The position numbers and the translations under genes are program-made. The notes under the pieces were generated by a model. That model saw only the letters and a program-made list of their open reading frames with translations, did no database searches and was not told the origin of the DNA. This document shows, in pieces, positions 1-9,314 of a DNA stretch of 64,000 bases; positions within the stretch are counted from its first letter, which is position 1, and every line of letters starts with the position of its first letter. Where the stretch lies: the NCBI GenBank assembly GCA_012517905.1, contig JAAYUE010000013.1:11106-75105 (forward strand), given 5' to 3'. This DNA is from Clostridiales bacterium (GTDB lineage: Bacteria; Bacillota; Clostridia; Christensenellales; CAG-138).

Positions 1-706
1 GGGCAACGCGGACATGATCGAAAAGAGCATGGGCGACGTCATCGCCATCACGAACAAAGGCCGCCAGATCAAATGCAAAACGCTCGGGCAGAAACGCTAT
101 GCGCAGGCGCTCAAAGAGTTTGAACTGGTCTTCGGCATCGGACCCGCCGGCACGGGCAAGACGTATCTCGCCGTCGCCATGGCGGTGCAGGCATTCAAAA
201 ACAAGGACGTCGAGCGCATCATTCTCACGCGGCCCGCGGTGGAGGCGGGCGAAAAGCTCGGCTTTCTGCCGGGGGATTTGCAGAGCAAGGTGGACCCGTA
301 TCTGCGGCCGCTCTACGATGCGATGCAGGAGTTTCTGGGGCTGGAGAGCTACAAGGCGCTCTATGAGCGCGGCGCGATCGAAGTCGCGCCCCTGGCCTAT
401 ATGCGCGGCCGCACGCTCAACAACGCCTATATCATACTCGACGAAGCGCAAAACTGCTCCACCGAGCAGATGAAGATGTTTTTAACCAGAATAGGGGAAG
501 GGTCCCGCGTCGTGGTGACGGGGGATGTGACGCAGATCGACCTGCCGCGCGAAAAAGCGAGCGGGCTCGTGCAGGCGGTGAAGGTTCTGGACAATGTGGA
601 GGGGATTAAGATCATCAACCTGACGCATAAGGACGTTGTGCGTCACGAACTGGTGCAGCGCATCATCTGCGCCTATGAGCGCTTTGAGAAGCCCAAACGC
701 GGCTGA
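1..706 (+). CDS. phoH: PhoH-like ATPase, 5'-truncated by the window edge
   Basis: The ORF 14..706 frame stays open back to base 2. Walker A GPAGTGKT and ILDEAQN are present. It heads the conserved phoH-pgpH-ybeY-era-recO cluster. Confidence 0.9.
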   Translation, partial: GNADMIEKSMGDVIAITNKGRQIKCKTLGQKRYAQALKEFELVFGIGPAGTGKTYLAVAMAVQAFKNKDVERIILTRPAVEAGEKLGFLPGDLQSKVDPYLRPLYDAMQEFLGLESYKALYERGAIEVAPLAYMRGRTLNNAYIILDEAQNCSTEQMKMFLTRIGEGSRVVVTGDVTQIDLPREKASGLVQAVKVLDNVEGIKIINLTHKDVVRHELVQRIICAYERFEKPKRG

Positions 707-764
707 TCGCCCCGTCCGCGCAGCACCGCGCGGCGCATCCTGAACGAACGAGGACGATATCATC

Positions 765-2957
765 GTGTCTGAAACGCGAAAAAGCAAACAAAACAAGCGA
801 AAAAAAGCCGAACGCGAACCAAAGTCAAAGATTTACGGCGTGATTGTGCTGCTCGTCGGCTTTGTGCTGGCGTGCGCGGTCACCATCACGTCCCTCACGC
901 CAAAGCGCTATGAGGTCTCCGTCGGCGCAGCCGCGAAGGAGGCCATCACCGCGCCGCGCATGGTTGAAGACACGGTCATGACCGAGGCGCTGCGGCAGGC
1001 GGCGCGCAACAGCGTCTCCAGCGTATACGCCGTGGACACCGAACTGGCCGACACGCTGATCTCCAACGCGCAGAGCTTCTTTTCCGCATTGGCGAGCTTT
1101 AGAAATGCGGCCGCCGACATCCGGGCCGCGACGCTTCCCGCCGCCGGAGACGGGGACGCGGACAACGCTGCGGCAAACGGAGAGGACACGCGCGCCTGGC
1201 AGGACGTCATCTCCACAAACGACCTGCTCGCCATGCTCGTCAAGCTCCCCGTGAAGATCAGCGACACGTCGCTTGGCTACGCGCTGCTCGACGCGGGGGA
1301 CGACGAGATCGACCAGCTTCGGCAGCTCGTGCTCACAACGCTGCAAAAAGAACTTCGCGCGGGCGTGTCCGAGGCCGACCAGGTCAAAACGCTTGCGGCG
1401 ATCAACAAGGAACTGAAGGTGACGACCCTCTCGCTGTGGCTCAAGGCGCTTGGTGAGATGGTCTACGACGCCTATCTGCTGCCGACCAACGTGGTCAACT
1501 CCGTGGAGACCACGCGCGCGCAGGAGAAAGCGGCGGACGCGGTGGAGCCCGTCTACATCGCGCGCGGCGCAACCATTGTGGAGGCGGGGCAGACGATTAC
1601 GCAGGAGCAGTACGACATGCTGCTCTCGCTCGACCTCGTCAAGGGCGCGGAGGCGACGGGGCGGCTCAACCCCGGCGTGGTCGCGTATCTGTTTTGCGTA
1701 TTCGCGATGCTGGCGCTGTATCTCTTTGTGTTTGAGCGGGAAACGTTTAATTCCAACAAACAGATGACCATCCTCGGGCTGATCCTGATTCTCACGCTGG
1801 TGCTCGAGTGGGTCTGCTATCTCATCGATCCGCGCGTAACGCCGGCCGTGTTCGGCGTGCTGCTCACCGCGCTGCTGGTTTCGCGAAAGACCGCGGAGTC
1901 GGTCAACGTCGCGTTTGCGATGTCGTTTGCCCTGCTTTCGGGCGGCAGCGGCACGACGCTGTTCGGCTCCGATTCCATTCTTGGCATGGCGGCGATTCTT
2001 GTATCCGGGCAGATGACGATACTGATTGCGGAGCGCAGCAAAAAGCGCGGGACGCTGATCGCCGCCGGCACGCTCGGCGGGGTCGCGGGCGCGGCGGTCG
2101 TCGTCGCGGGCGGCGTGATCCTCGAATACTCCTGGAACACGGCGTTGATCTACGCGGGGCTGCAGATGGCGTCCGCGCTGATCCTCTCGGTGTTCTGCGT
2201 CGGCATGCTGAGCATGTGGGAAAACCTCTTCGACATCGTGACCCCTGCGCGGCTGCACGAGCTGGCGAACACGAACCATCCGCTGCTGAAAAAGATGATG
2301 ATCGTGGCGCCCGGTACCTATCACCACAGCATGATGGTCGCTTCGCTCGCCGAAGGCGCGGCGGAGGCCATCGGCGCAAACGCGCTGCTCGCGCGCACGG
2401 GCGCCATGTATCACGACGTCGGCAAGCTGAGAAGGCCGAACTATTTCAAGGAAAACCAGAACGGGCAGAACATTCACGATACGCTCTCGCCCGAGGAGAG
2501 CGCGGGCTATATCATCGCGCATCAGAAGGACGCGATGTCCTATCTCGCGCGCTACCGCATGCCGTCCGAGGTCAAGCGCATCGTCGCCGAACACCACGGT
2601 ACGACGCTTGTGGCATATTTCTATTACAAGGCCAAGCAGATGCAGGGGGAGGACGGCGAGCCCGTGATCGAGCGGTTGTTCCGCTATACGGGCGGCCTGC
2701 CGAGCACGAAGGAGAGCGCCATCGTCATGCTGGCGGACAGCTGCGAGGCTGCGGTGCGTTCGTTGAGCGAGCCCACGCGCGAAGAGGTTGCGGATATGGT
2801 GCGCCGCATCGTGCAGGGTAAGATGGACGACGGCCAACTTCGGCAGAGCCCGCTGACGCTGGAGGAAGTCAATCGAATCGAGCGGAGCTTTCTCGTGACG
2901 TTTACAGGGCTCATGCACGAGCGCATCCGGTATCCCGGAATCGAGGCGGCGGTATGA
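765..2957 (+). CDS. pgpH: 7TM-receptor/HD-domain phosphohydrolase (PgpH-type c-di-AMP phosphodiesterase family)
   Basis: 730 aa with a GTG start. It has an N-terminal extracytoplasmic region, a multi-TM block and a C-terminal HD domain (HHSMMVASLAE, YHDVGK, EHHGT). It sits in the position of yqfF after phoH. Confidence 0.88.
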   Translation: MSETRKSKQNKRKKAEREPKSKIYGVIVLLVGFVLACAVTITSLTPKRYEVSVGAAAKEAITAPRMVEDTVMTEALRQAARNSVSSVYAVDTELADTLISNAQSFFSALASFRNAAADIRAATLPAAGDGDADNAAANGEDTRAWQDVISTNDLLAMLVKLPVKISDTSLGYALLDAGDDEIDQLRQLVLTTLQKELRAGVSEADQVKTLAAINKELKVTTLSLWLKALGEMVYDAYLLPTNVVNSVETTRAQEKAADAVEPVYIARGATIVEAGQTITQEQYDMLLSLDLVKGAEATGRLNPGVVAYLFCVFAMLALYLFVFERETFNSNKQMTILGLILILTLVLEWVCYLIDPRVTPAVFGVLLTALLVSRKTAESVNVAFAMSFALLSGGSGTTLFGSDSILGMAAILVSGQMTILIAERSKKRGTLIAAGTLGGVAGAAVVVAGGVILEYSWNTALIYAGLQMASALILSVFCVGMLSMWENLFDIVTPARLHELANTNHPLLKKMMIVAPGTYHHSMMVASLAEGAAEAIGANALLARTGAMYHDVGKLRRPNYFKENQNGQNIHDTLSPEESAGYIIAHQKDAMSYLARYRMPSEVKRIVAEHHGTTLVAYFYYKAKQMQGEDGEPVIERLFRYTGGLPSTKESAIVMLADSCEAAVRSLSEPTREEVADMVRRIVQGKMDDGQLRQSPLTLEEVNRIERSFLVTFTGLMHERIRYPGIEAAV

Positions 2958-3394
2958 TCGACGTTCAGACCGAACTGGAAGGTTTGCCGGGCGGCACGGA
3001 GGAACTAATCCGCCGCGCGGTGGAGGCCGCGCTCGCACGAAAGCGCGCAAGCGGCGGCGTCTGCGTGCTCGTGACGGACGCGGAGGAAATCCAGCGGCTC
3101 AACGACTGCTATCGCAGCATCGACCGCGTGACGGACGTGCTCACGTTTCCCGCTTGGGAAGGAAGCGCGATCCTCTGTCCGCCGGACGGGTATCTAGGCG
3201 ACATCGCAATCTGTTTTGAACGCGCCGAGGAACAGGCGCAGGAGTACGGGCATTCGCTCGAGCGCGAGCTGGCGTTTCTCGCCGTGCACGGCGCGCTGCA
3301 CCTGCTCGGGTTCGACCACATGACGCCGGAAGACGAGAAGATCATGCTGAAAGAACAGGATGAAATCCTGAACGAAATGGGGTACGTCAGATGA
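2954..3394 (+). CDS. ybeY: rRNA maturation endoribonuclease YbeY
   Basis: 146 aa with the HGALHLLGFDH zinc motif. Its start overlaps the pgpH stop in an ATGA. Confidence 0.95.
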   Translation: MIDVQTELEGLPGGTEELIRRAVEAALARKRASGGVCVLVTDAEEIQRLNDCYRSIDRVTDVLTFPAWEGSAILCPPDGYLGDIAICFERAEEQAQEYGHSLERELAFLAVHGALHLLGFDHMTPEDEKIMLKEQDEILNEMGYVR

Positions 3395-3804
3395 ACAGGC
3401 TGGACGACGGCGAGCGGGAGAGGATGCTGGATTTCGCCTATGAGGCGATGGAGCAGGCGTATACGCCGTATTCGCATTTTCAGGTTGGCGCGTGCCTCAA
3501 GGGCGCAAACGGGAAATACTATCTCGGCTGCAACATCGAAAACGCCTCCTACACGCCGACGAACTGCGCCGAGCGCACGGCGGTGTTTAAAGCCGTCTCC
3601 GAAGGCGAGCGCGCGTTTGAGGCGATCGTCATCGTCTGCTCCGGCAAAACCCCCGCCTCGCCCTGCGGCGTCTGCCGGCAGGTGCTGCGCGAGTTTTGCG
3701 CCGACGACATGCCAGTCGTATTCGCAAACGCAAAGCGCAATTATATCGAGAGCACGCTCGGCGAGTTGCTGCCGCATTCGTTCGGGCCGGAGGATTTGAC
3801 ATGA
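3391..3804 (+). CDS. cdd: cytidine deaminase
   Basis: 137 aa with the CAERTA and PCGVCRQ zinc-ligand motifs. Its start overlaps the ybeY stop in an ATGA. Confidence 0.93.
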   Translation: MNRLDDGERERMLDFAYEAMEQAYTPYSHFQVGACLKGANGKYYLGCNIENASYTPTNCAERTAVFKAVSEGERAFEAIVIVCSGKTPASPCGVCRQVLREFCADDMPVVFANAKRNYIESTLGELLPHSFGPEDLT

Positions 3805-4691
3805 GCGAGTTTCGCTCCGGATTCGTCTCCATCATCGGCTGCCCGAACGTCGGCAAATCGACCCTGCTCAACAAGCTCGTCGGGCAAAAGATCGCAATCG
3901 TGACCGATCGCGCGCAAACCACGCGAAACAAGATTACGGGCGTGCTGACGCGGCCGGACTATCAAATTGTGTTTCTGGATACGCCCGGTGTGACCAATCC
4001 GAAAAACAAACTCGGCGAATACATGCAAAAGGTCGCCTACGACGCGATGAACGAGGTCGAGGCGATCCTGTTTGTCGCGGATGCGGAGCAGGGCGTGCGC
4101 GAGCGGGACGCCGCGCTGCTCGACAGGCTCGGCCATGCGAAGGCGCCCGTCGTCGCGTTCATCAACAAGACCGACGCGGCAAGCCTCGGCCAGGCGAACG
4201 AGGCCGAAGAGACCCTCGGCAAGCGGGCGTTCATCAAAACGATTTTGCGCGGTTCCGCCGAAACGGGCAAAGGACTGGAAGAGCTGGAAGAGACGCTCTC
4301 CGAGCTGCTGATTCCGGGGCCGAAGTATTTTCCGGACGACATGGTCACCGACCAGCCGGAGCGCATCATCTGCGGCGAACTGATCCGCGAGAAGGCGCTG
4401 CTGCTCCTGCGCGAAGAGGTTCCGCACGGCGTCGGCGTCGGCGTGGACCGGATGGAGCGCAGGGAGGACCGCGACATGATGGACGTCTACGCGACCATCT
4501 ACTGCGAGCGCGAGTCCCACAAGGGCATCATCATCGGCAAGGGCGGTTCGATGCTCAAAAAAATCGGGCAGGAGGCGCGAAAGGACATCGAGTGGATGCT
4601 CGGCTGTCCGGTCAACCTCCAGCTCTGGGTCAAGATCAAGGAAGACTGGCGAAACCGCCAGGGCATGCTGCACGAGCTCGGCTACGAGTGA
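3801..4691 (+). CDS. era: GTPase Era
   Basis: I place the start at MSEFRSGFVSIIGCPNVGKSTLLN (ATG 3801, overlapping the cdd stop), not at track position 3696. G1 is GCPNVGKS, G3 is DTPG, and a C-terminal KH domain is present. Confidence 0.95.
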   Translation: MSEFRSGFVSIIGCPNVGKSTLLNKLVGQKIAIVTDRAQTTRNKITGVLTRPDYQIVFLDTPGVTNPKNKLGEYMQKVAYDAMNEVEAILFVADAEQGVRERDAALLDRLGHAKAPVVAFINKTDAASLGQANEAEETLGKRAFIKTILRGSAETGKGLEELEETLSELLIPGPKYFPDDMVTDQPERIICGELIREKALLLLREEVPHGVGVGVDRMERREDRDMMDVYATIYCERESHKGIIIGKGGSMLKKIGQEARKDIEWMLGCPVNLQLWVKIKEDWRNRQGMLHELGYE

Positions 4692-4713
4692 TCGGCAGGG
4701 GTAGGAGCGGACT

Positions 4714-5538
4714 ATGCCGGTCATCTGCGTGGAGGGAATCGTAACGCGATATGCAAACTATCGCGAAAGCGACCGCATCCTGAGCATCTTCACCATTGAG
4801 CACGGCCGGCTGGACGCGAAGGCGCGCGGCTGCCGTAAGCCGCAGAGCCCCCTGGTCAACGCCTGCCAGCCGTTTGTGTTCGGTCAATTCGAAATCTTTA
4901 CCGGCCGGGAAAAGGCCACGATCAACGCCTGCGAAGTCAGGGAAACGTTTTATCCCATCCGGGAGGATTACGAGCGCTTCTCGATCGGCTCGGTCATGCT
5001 GCGCCTCTGCCACGACGCGGCGCCGGAAAACGAGCCGAACGAGGCGCTGTTTTCTTTGCTCTACCATTCGCTTTCGTTCCTTGCCTACGGCAAGTCCAAT
5101 CCGCAGGATCTCTTCTCCTGTTTTCTCGTGCGCTATCTCAACGCAATCGGCTACCGTCCCGCCATCACGACCTGCGCGCAGTGCGGGCGGGATATCCGCG
5201 CGGACGCGCTCGTGCGCTTTTCGCCGCGCGGCGGCGCGGTGTGCAACGCCTGCGTACAACATGGCGAGCCGGTGAGCAAGACCGCGCTCGAGGGCATGCG
5301 CCGCATGCTCCTGATGGAGGACGCCGACATGGACCGCGTGAAGCTGTCCGACGGCGTGCGCGGCGAGATCTTTCGCGCGCTGACGGCGTATACCGAGAGT
5401 TCGCTGGAATATGGATCGCGCGCGCTCAACATCCTGTCCAGCCTGAAGGATGTGGCAGGCCAGCCGCAGCCAACCGGCGAGCCGGCTGCCGAAGCGCCGG
5501 AGCGCGGCGCGGCGGAGCCGGACGAAGGGAACGCATAA
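4714..5538 (+). CDS. recO: DNA repair protein RecO
   Basis: 274 aa with an OB-fold N-terminus and the CxxC...CxxC zinc motif (CAQCG...CNAC). It has a short acidic/proline tail and follows era as in other Firmicutes. Confidence 0.9.
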   Translation: MPVICVEGIVTRYANYRESDRILSIFTIEHGRLDAKARGCRKPQSPLVNACQPFVFGQFEIFTGREKATINACEVRETFYPIREDYERFSIGSVMLRLCHDAAPENEPNEALFSLLYHSLSFLAYGKSNPQDLFSCFLVRYLNAIGYRPAITTCAQCGRDIRADALVRFSPRGGAVCNACVQHGEPVSKTALEGMRRMLLMEDADMDRVKLSDGVRGEIFRALTAYTESSLEYGSRALNILSSLKDVAGQPQPTGEPAAEAPERGAAEPDEGNA

Positions 5539-5719
5539 AAAGAATCCGCATTCGGGAAAAATTGTGAACTTTCGTTCGAATTGGAGCATCTTTCCCGGCG
5601 GTGTGGTACAATACTCGCGATTCCGCAGCGGTGAAAAACGCGTCGCGGCAAGGGCGATTGCCCGTAAGCGACGGCCGCCGTGCGCGGATGAAACGATCAA
5701 ACAGAAGTAGTATGAGGTT

Positions 5720-6799
5720 ATGACTATGCCCGTAGAACGACAAAACGCGAAGATATTGCTGCTTGCATGTCTTGTGATTGCCGCTCTTTTTGCTTTTGGA
5801 TGCAGCGCCGAAGCCGCCGTGCCCACGGAGGCGACGCCTACGCCCCAGCCGGTGGTTGTGAGCATGGAGGTTCTCGACCTGAACGACGCGCAGTTTGACG
5901 ACATGCCGTCGCCGACGCCCACGCCGGAACCGACGCCCACGCCGCTGCCGTTTTCTTACTATGCGCCCACGGTCAACATGACCTACGAGGAGCTGGTCGG
6001 CAGCACGGACGACATGAACGTAAAGGCGCGCGAACTGCTCAAGGACGGATTCCCCGACCCGAAGACCTACTATATCATCGTGGACAAGCAGTGGCAGGTA
6101 GTGCTGGTCTATAAGCGCATCGACGACGGCACGAAGTTCGGCAAGCCGAATCTCGAAGAGCCCGTTCGCTATATGATCTGCTCGACCGGCAATCCCAACA
6201 AGGAATACGGCCACGAGACCACGAGCGGCATCTGGCAGATCGGCGTGCCGAAAGAGCGCTTCTACCAGTTTGTCAACCTCGAGGCGGCGCAGTATCTGAC
6301 GCTGATCCACAGCAGGACGTATTTCCACTCCGTTCTCTACGACAAGGCGAAGGACTTGAGCACGCTCGTGCAGGAGTCCTACGACAGGCTCGGCTCGAAG
6401 GAGAGCCACGCCTGTATCCGCCTGACCGTGCCGGACGCGCGCTGGATCTGGTATAACATCGGCTACGGCACGACCTGCGAAATCCGGGACGGCAAAACGA
6501 CGGACACCGACACCGCGTCCATCCGCTCGCAGCTCGTTCTGCCGCCGTCCATTGCGAACATCCGCCTGAAGGCCGGCACCGCGCCCTGGACGGACAACTG
6601 GACGATCGAAGACGTCGAGCACGTGTTGGCGTATAAGTATCAGGCCGCGCCGCTGCCCGATCTGGGAGACGGCGAGGACGAGGACGTCGCAACGCCGACG
6701 CCGGATGCCGGTGGCGGGGTGACCGAAACGCCGACGCCTGCGCCGGAAACGCCGACCGATCCGCCCGCTGCTGATCCAACGCCGGATCCGGGTTGGTAA
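5720..6799 (+). CDS. L,D-transpeptidase (YkuD domain) lipoprotein with Pro/Thr-rich linkers
   Basis: Lipobox-like LFAFGCSAE. YkuD catalytic signature HS...SHACIRL. PTPTPEPTPTP and C-terminal TP-rich linkers. Confidence 0.85.
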   Translation: MTMPVERQNAKILLLACLVIAALFAFGCSAEAAVPTEATPTPQPVVVSMEVLDLNDAQFDDMPSPTPTPEPTPTPLPFSYYAPTVNMTYEELVGSTDDMNVKARELLKDGFPDPKTYYIIVDKQWQVVLVYKRIDDGTKFGKPNLEEPVRYMICSTGNPNKEYGHETTSGIWQIGVPKERFYQFVNLEAAQYLTLIHSRTYFHSVLYDKAKDLSTLVQESYDRLGSKESHACIRLTVPDARWIWYNIGYGTTCEIRDGKTTDTDTASIRSQLVLPPSIANIRLKAGTAPWTDNWTIEDVEHVLAYKYQAAPLPDLGDGEDEDVATPTPDAGGGVTETPTPAPETPTDPPAADPTPDPGW

Positions 6800-6822
6800 A
6801 TGTGAAAGCCAGGCGTGTCTGG

Positions 6823-8052
6823 ATGCTGCATCCTTTGAAGAGAAAAATAACGCTCGTTTTGCTGTCGGTGCTGCTGCTTGCGGCATCGACAGCTTCTGTT
6901 CGTTCCTCTCTTGCGCAGGACGCGCCCGCGGCGCAGGCCGGCGACGCGCCGGACGAAACGGCCGCCATCCTCACGGAGGCCTGCTGCGGCGCAAACACCG
7001 GCGCGGGCGACTCCGCCGCCTTCGCGGCCGAAGAACTCCGCTGGGAGGCGGGCTATATCTCCCAGACGACGCAGAGCAACCTCAAAACGCGAAGCCAGCG
7101 GCTCGGCGCGGCGTTTTCCGCCGCCGAACGCCTGATGCAAACGAGCCTTCAAACGGACTGGGCGGGCTGGAACGAAAAGTTGACGGCGTTTACGCCGGAC
7201 GTATACGACAGCTATGCGCAAAACGTATTGGCGTTTTCCGATCTGGCGCAGTCGCTCAACGGCGCCGTGCAGTCCGCCTCCGCCGCATGCGCGCGCGGCA
7301 TCAGCCGCGATCTTCGCGCGGCGGAGATTCCGCTGGAGGCCGCGAGCCAGCCGGAGACGACCCTCGGCTGGCGCGAATGCGCGGCGCTCTATTATGTGTT
7401 TGGAGAGGGGCTGACCGACGCGCTTGCGCAGTCGTTCGCGCCGGAGCAGGAGGGGAGCGCATACAGCGGCGTCGCCCTGCTTTGGCCCAATCCGTCGTTT
7501 GAGCAGATCGCCGCCTGCGGCACGCACGACCAGCTCGTGGAGGCGGTGTTGGCGCTGGACTATTTCAACACCGTGTACAACGACGACGGCAGCGTCGCCC
7601 CCGTGGAGGTACATGTGTATTCGAAGGAATACCTCGCGACGGTGGCGCATCCCGTGCCCGGCGGCCTGATCAAGGACGGCTGGTACGACCCGCGCTCGCA
7701 CAGAACGCGCCTGCATGTCGGCACCGATATTCGCAGAAACGCAAAAACGCCGATCCTCGCCGCGACCGACGGCGTGGTGAAATACATCGGCTATCTGCCG
7801 ATTCCCGGGTATTATGTGATGATCGAGGACCCGTACGGCTATACGTATCATTACTATCACATGTACGAACTCACGACGTTCGTCAAGGAAGGCGACGCGG
7901 TAAAACAGGGGCAGCAGATCGGCATCGTCGGCAGCACGGGAAACAGCGTCGCCTACCATCTGCATCTCGGCCTCGTCTCGCCGGAGGGCAAGTATCTCAA
8001 CCCCTACGATCTGTTTGTGCAGGCGGGCATCGGGCCGATTCTGGAAAACTGA
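6823..8052 (+). CDS. M23 family metallopeptidase (secreted)
   Basis: HVGTD (HxxxD) and HLH (HxH) motifs of the M23/LytM family. The signal peptide is MLHPLKRKITLVLLSVLLLAAS. The start is uncertain: TTG 6793 and GTG 6802 are also in frame. Confidence 0.85.
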   Translation: MLHPLKRKITLVLLSVLLLAASTASVRSSLAQDAPAAQAGDAPDETAAILTEACCGANTGAGDSAAFAAEELRWEAGYISQTTQSNLKTRSQRLGAAFSAAERLMQTSLQTDWAGWNEKLTAFTPDVYDSYAQNVLAFSDLAQSLNGAVQSASAACARGISRDLRAAEIPLEAASQPETTLGWRECAALYYVFGEGLTDALAQSFAPEQEGSAYSGVALLWPNPSFEQIAACGTHDQLVEAVLALDYFNTVYNDDGSVAPVEVHVYSKEYLATVAHPVPGGLIKDGWYDPRSHRTRLHVGTDIRRNAKTPILAATDGVVKYIGYLPIPGYYVMIEDPYGYTYHYYHMYELTTFVKEGDAVKQGQQIGIVGSTGNSVAYHLHLGLVSPEGKYLNPYDLFVQAGIGPILEN

Positions 8053-8219
8053 CCGTCGAAACATCGAGGCGCCGGCGGACGTATGTCTTGTGCGAACCAG
8101 CCCGCGGTGCTATACTATAGTAACTTATTGTGGCCTATTCTGCGGAGATTTCGGCGGGTTCACCGGATTTTTGCAGCAGCGGCAGAAACGGTACGCCGGA
8201 TACGATCGGGAGGCGCAGC

Positions 8220-8783
8220 TTGAGAATCATCGCCGGAACGGCGCGCGGGCGCCGCTTTGACGCGCCGAAGGGAATGGACACGCGCCCGACGCTGGACCGC
8301 GTGAAGGAGTCCGTCTTCGGCATGCTGCAGTTCGACATTCCGGGTAGCAGCGTGCTGGACCTGTTTTCCGGCTCCGGCAATCTTGGCCTCGAGGCCGCGT
8401 CCCGCGGCGCGAAGACGGTGGTCTGCAACGACCGCAGCCGTGATTGCGCGGAGCAGATTGAAAAAAATGCGGCGCTCCTCGGGCTGAGCGACGTCGTGCG
8501 GACGCTCTGCATGGACTACGCCGCCTGCATCGGCAGGCTGAAAGGCGAAGGGGCGACGTTCGATTTTGTGTTTCTCGACGCGCCGTATCGCGACGGCACC
8601 GCGCGAAGCGCCGCGGAAGCCGTCGTTTCGGAAGGCTTGCTCAAACCGGGCGGCCGCATCGTCGTTGAGCACGCGGCAAACTTGCCGCCGCAGGTGAGCC
8701 AACGGCTCGCAACCTGCATAGAGACCAGACAATACGGAAGCTGCGCCGTTTCGTTTTACCGGCGCGCAAGCGACGAAGCGTAG
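8220..8783 (+). CDS. rsmD: 16S rRNA (guanine966-N2)-methyltransferase RsmD
   Basis: The N-terminus (M)RIIAGTARGRRF and the DLFSGSGNLGLEA SAM motif and DPPY-like DAPY fit RsmD. TTG 8220 lies 6 nt after GGGAGG, and the track start at 8130 is probably an N-terminal over-extension. Confidence 0.85.
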   Translation: MRIIAGTARGRRFDAPKGMDTRPTLDRVKESVFGMLQFDIPGSSVLDLFSGSGNLGLEAASRGAKTVVCNDRSRDCAEQIEKNAALLGLSDVVRTLCMDYAACIGRLKGEGATFDFVFLDAPYRDGTARSAAEAVVSEGLLKPGGRIVVEHAANLPPQVSQRLATCIETRQYGSCAVSFYRRASDEA

Positions 8784-8825
8784 CGCGCTTTTGCGACGCG
8801 AACGCTTTGAGAAAGGCCAGGCGAC

Positions 8826-9314
8826 ATGCGAACCTGCGTATATCCCGGCAGTTTTGATCCCTTTACCATCGGCCATCACGACGTGCTGGAGCGTGCGGTC
8901 GAAATGTTTGACCGCGTGTATGTCAGCGTGCTGAACAACGCGGCGAAACACCCCGTGTTCTCCGTGGACGAGCGCGTCGAGATGATCCGCTTCATGGTGG
9001 AGGCCGAGGGAATGAAAAACGTCGTCGTGACGCACTTCGACGGCTTGCTCGTGGATTATGCCCATGAAATCGGTGCAGATTACGTGATTCGCGGTCTGCG
9101 CGCGACCATGGACTTCGAGTACGAATTCCAGATCAACGCGCTCAACCTCCACCTCGCGCCGGACGTGGAAACCGTCTACTTCATGGCGCGGCCCGAGCAC
9201 TCGTTTCTCAGCTCCAGCGTGATTCGCGAAATCGGCTCCATGGGCGGAGACATCAAAGGACTTGTACCGGACAGTATTCAGAATATCATTGCAGAAAGGT
9301 TAAAAAAACCATGA
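8826..9314 (+). CDS. coaD: phosphopantetheine adenylyltransferase
   Basis: 162 aa with YPGSFDPFTIGHHDV (the HxGH nucleotidyltransferase motif). Confidence 0.95.
   Translation: MRTCVYPGSFDPFTIGHHDVLERAVEMFDRVYVSVLNNAAKHPVFSVDERVEMIRFMVEAEGMKNVVVTHFDGLLVDYAHEIGADYVIRGLRATMDFEYEFQINALNLHLAPDVETVYFMARPEHSFLSSSVIREIGSMGGDIKGLVPDSIQNIIAERLKKP

Noticed and set aside
825-3050. A 741-aa minus-strand ORF, together with similar long antisense ORFs at 5426..6886-, 13786..15066-, 15090..16616-, 26030..27838-, 32380..34215-, 52492..54003-, 55128..56639-, 56822..58450- and 61513..63954-.
   Set aside because: Each lies opposite a confidently identified housekeeping gene. Their translations are Arg/Ala/His/Asp-rich low-complexity sequences with no recognisable motifs. 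These are classic shadow ORFs of high-GC DNA.
2954-3804. The absence of dgkA between ybeY and cdd, compared with the B. subtilis phoH-yqfF-ybeY-dgkA-cdd-era order.
   Set aside because: ybeY and cdd overlap by 4 nt with no remnant ORF. This is ordinary lineage-specific operon variation, not a lesion or novelty.
5539-5719. A possible c-di-AMP (ydaO-type) or other riboswitch upstream of the L,D-transpeptidase gene.
   Set aside because: The leader downstream of the TGgTACAAT promoter is only ~110 nt long. It lacks the conserved ACGGGGA and CCCGA-type blocks I would expect, and only small generic hairpins are seen.
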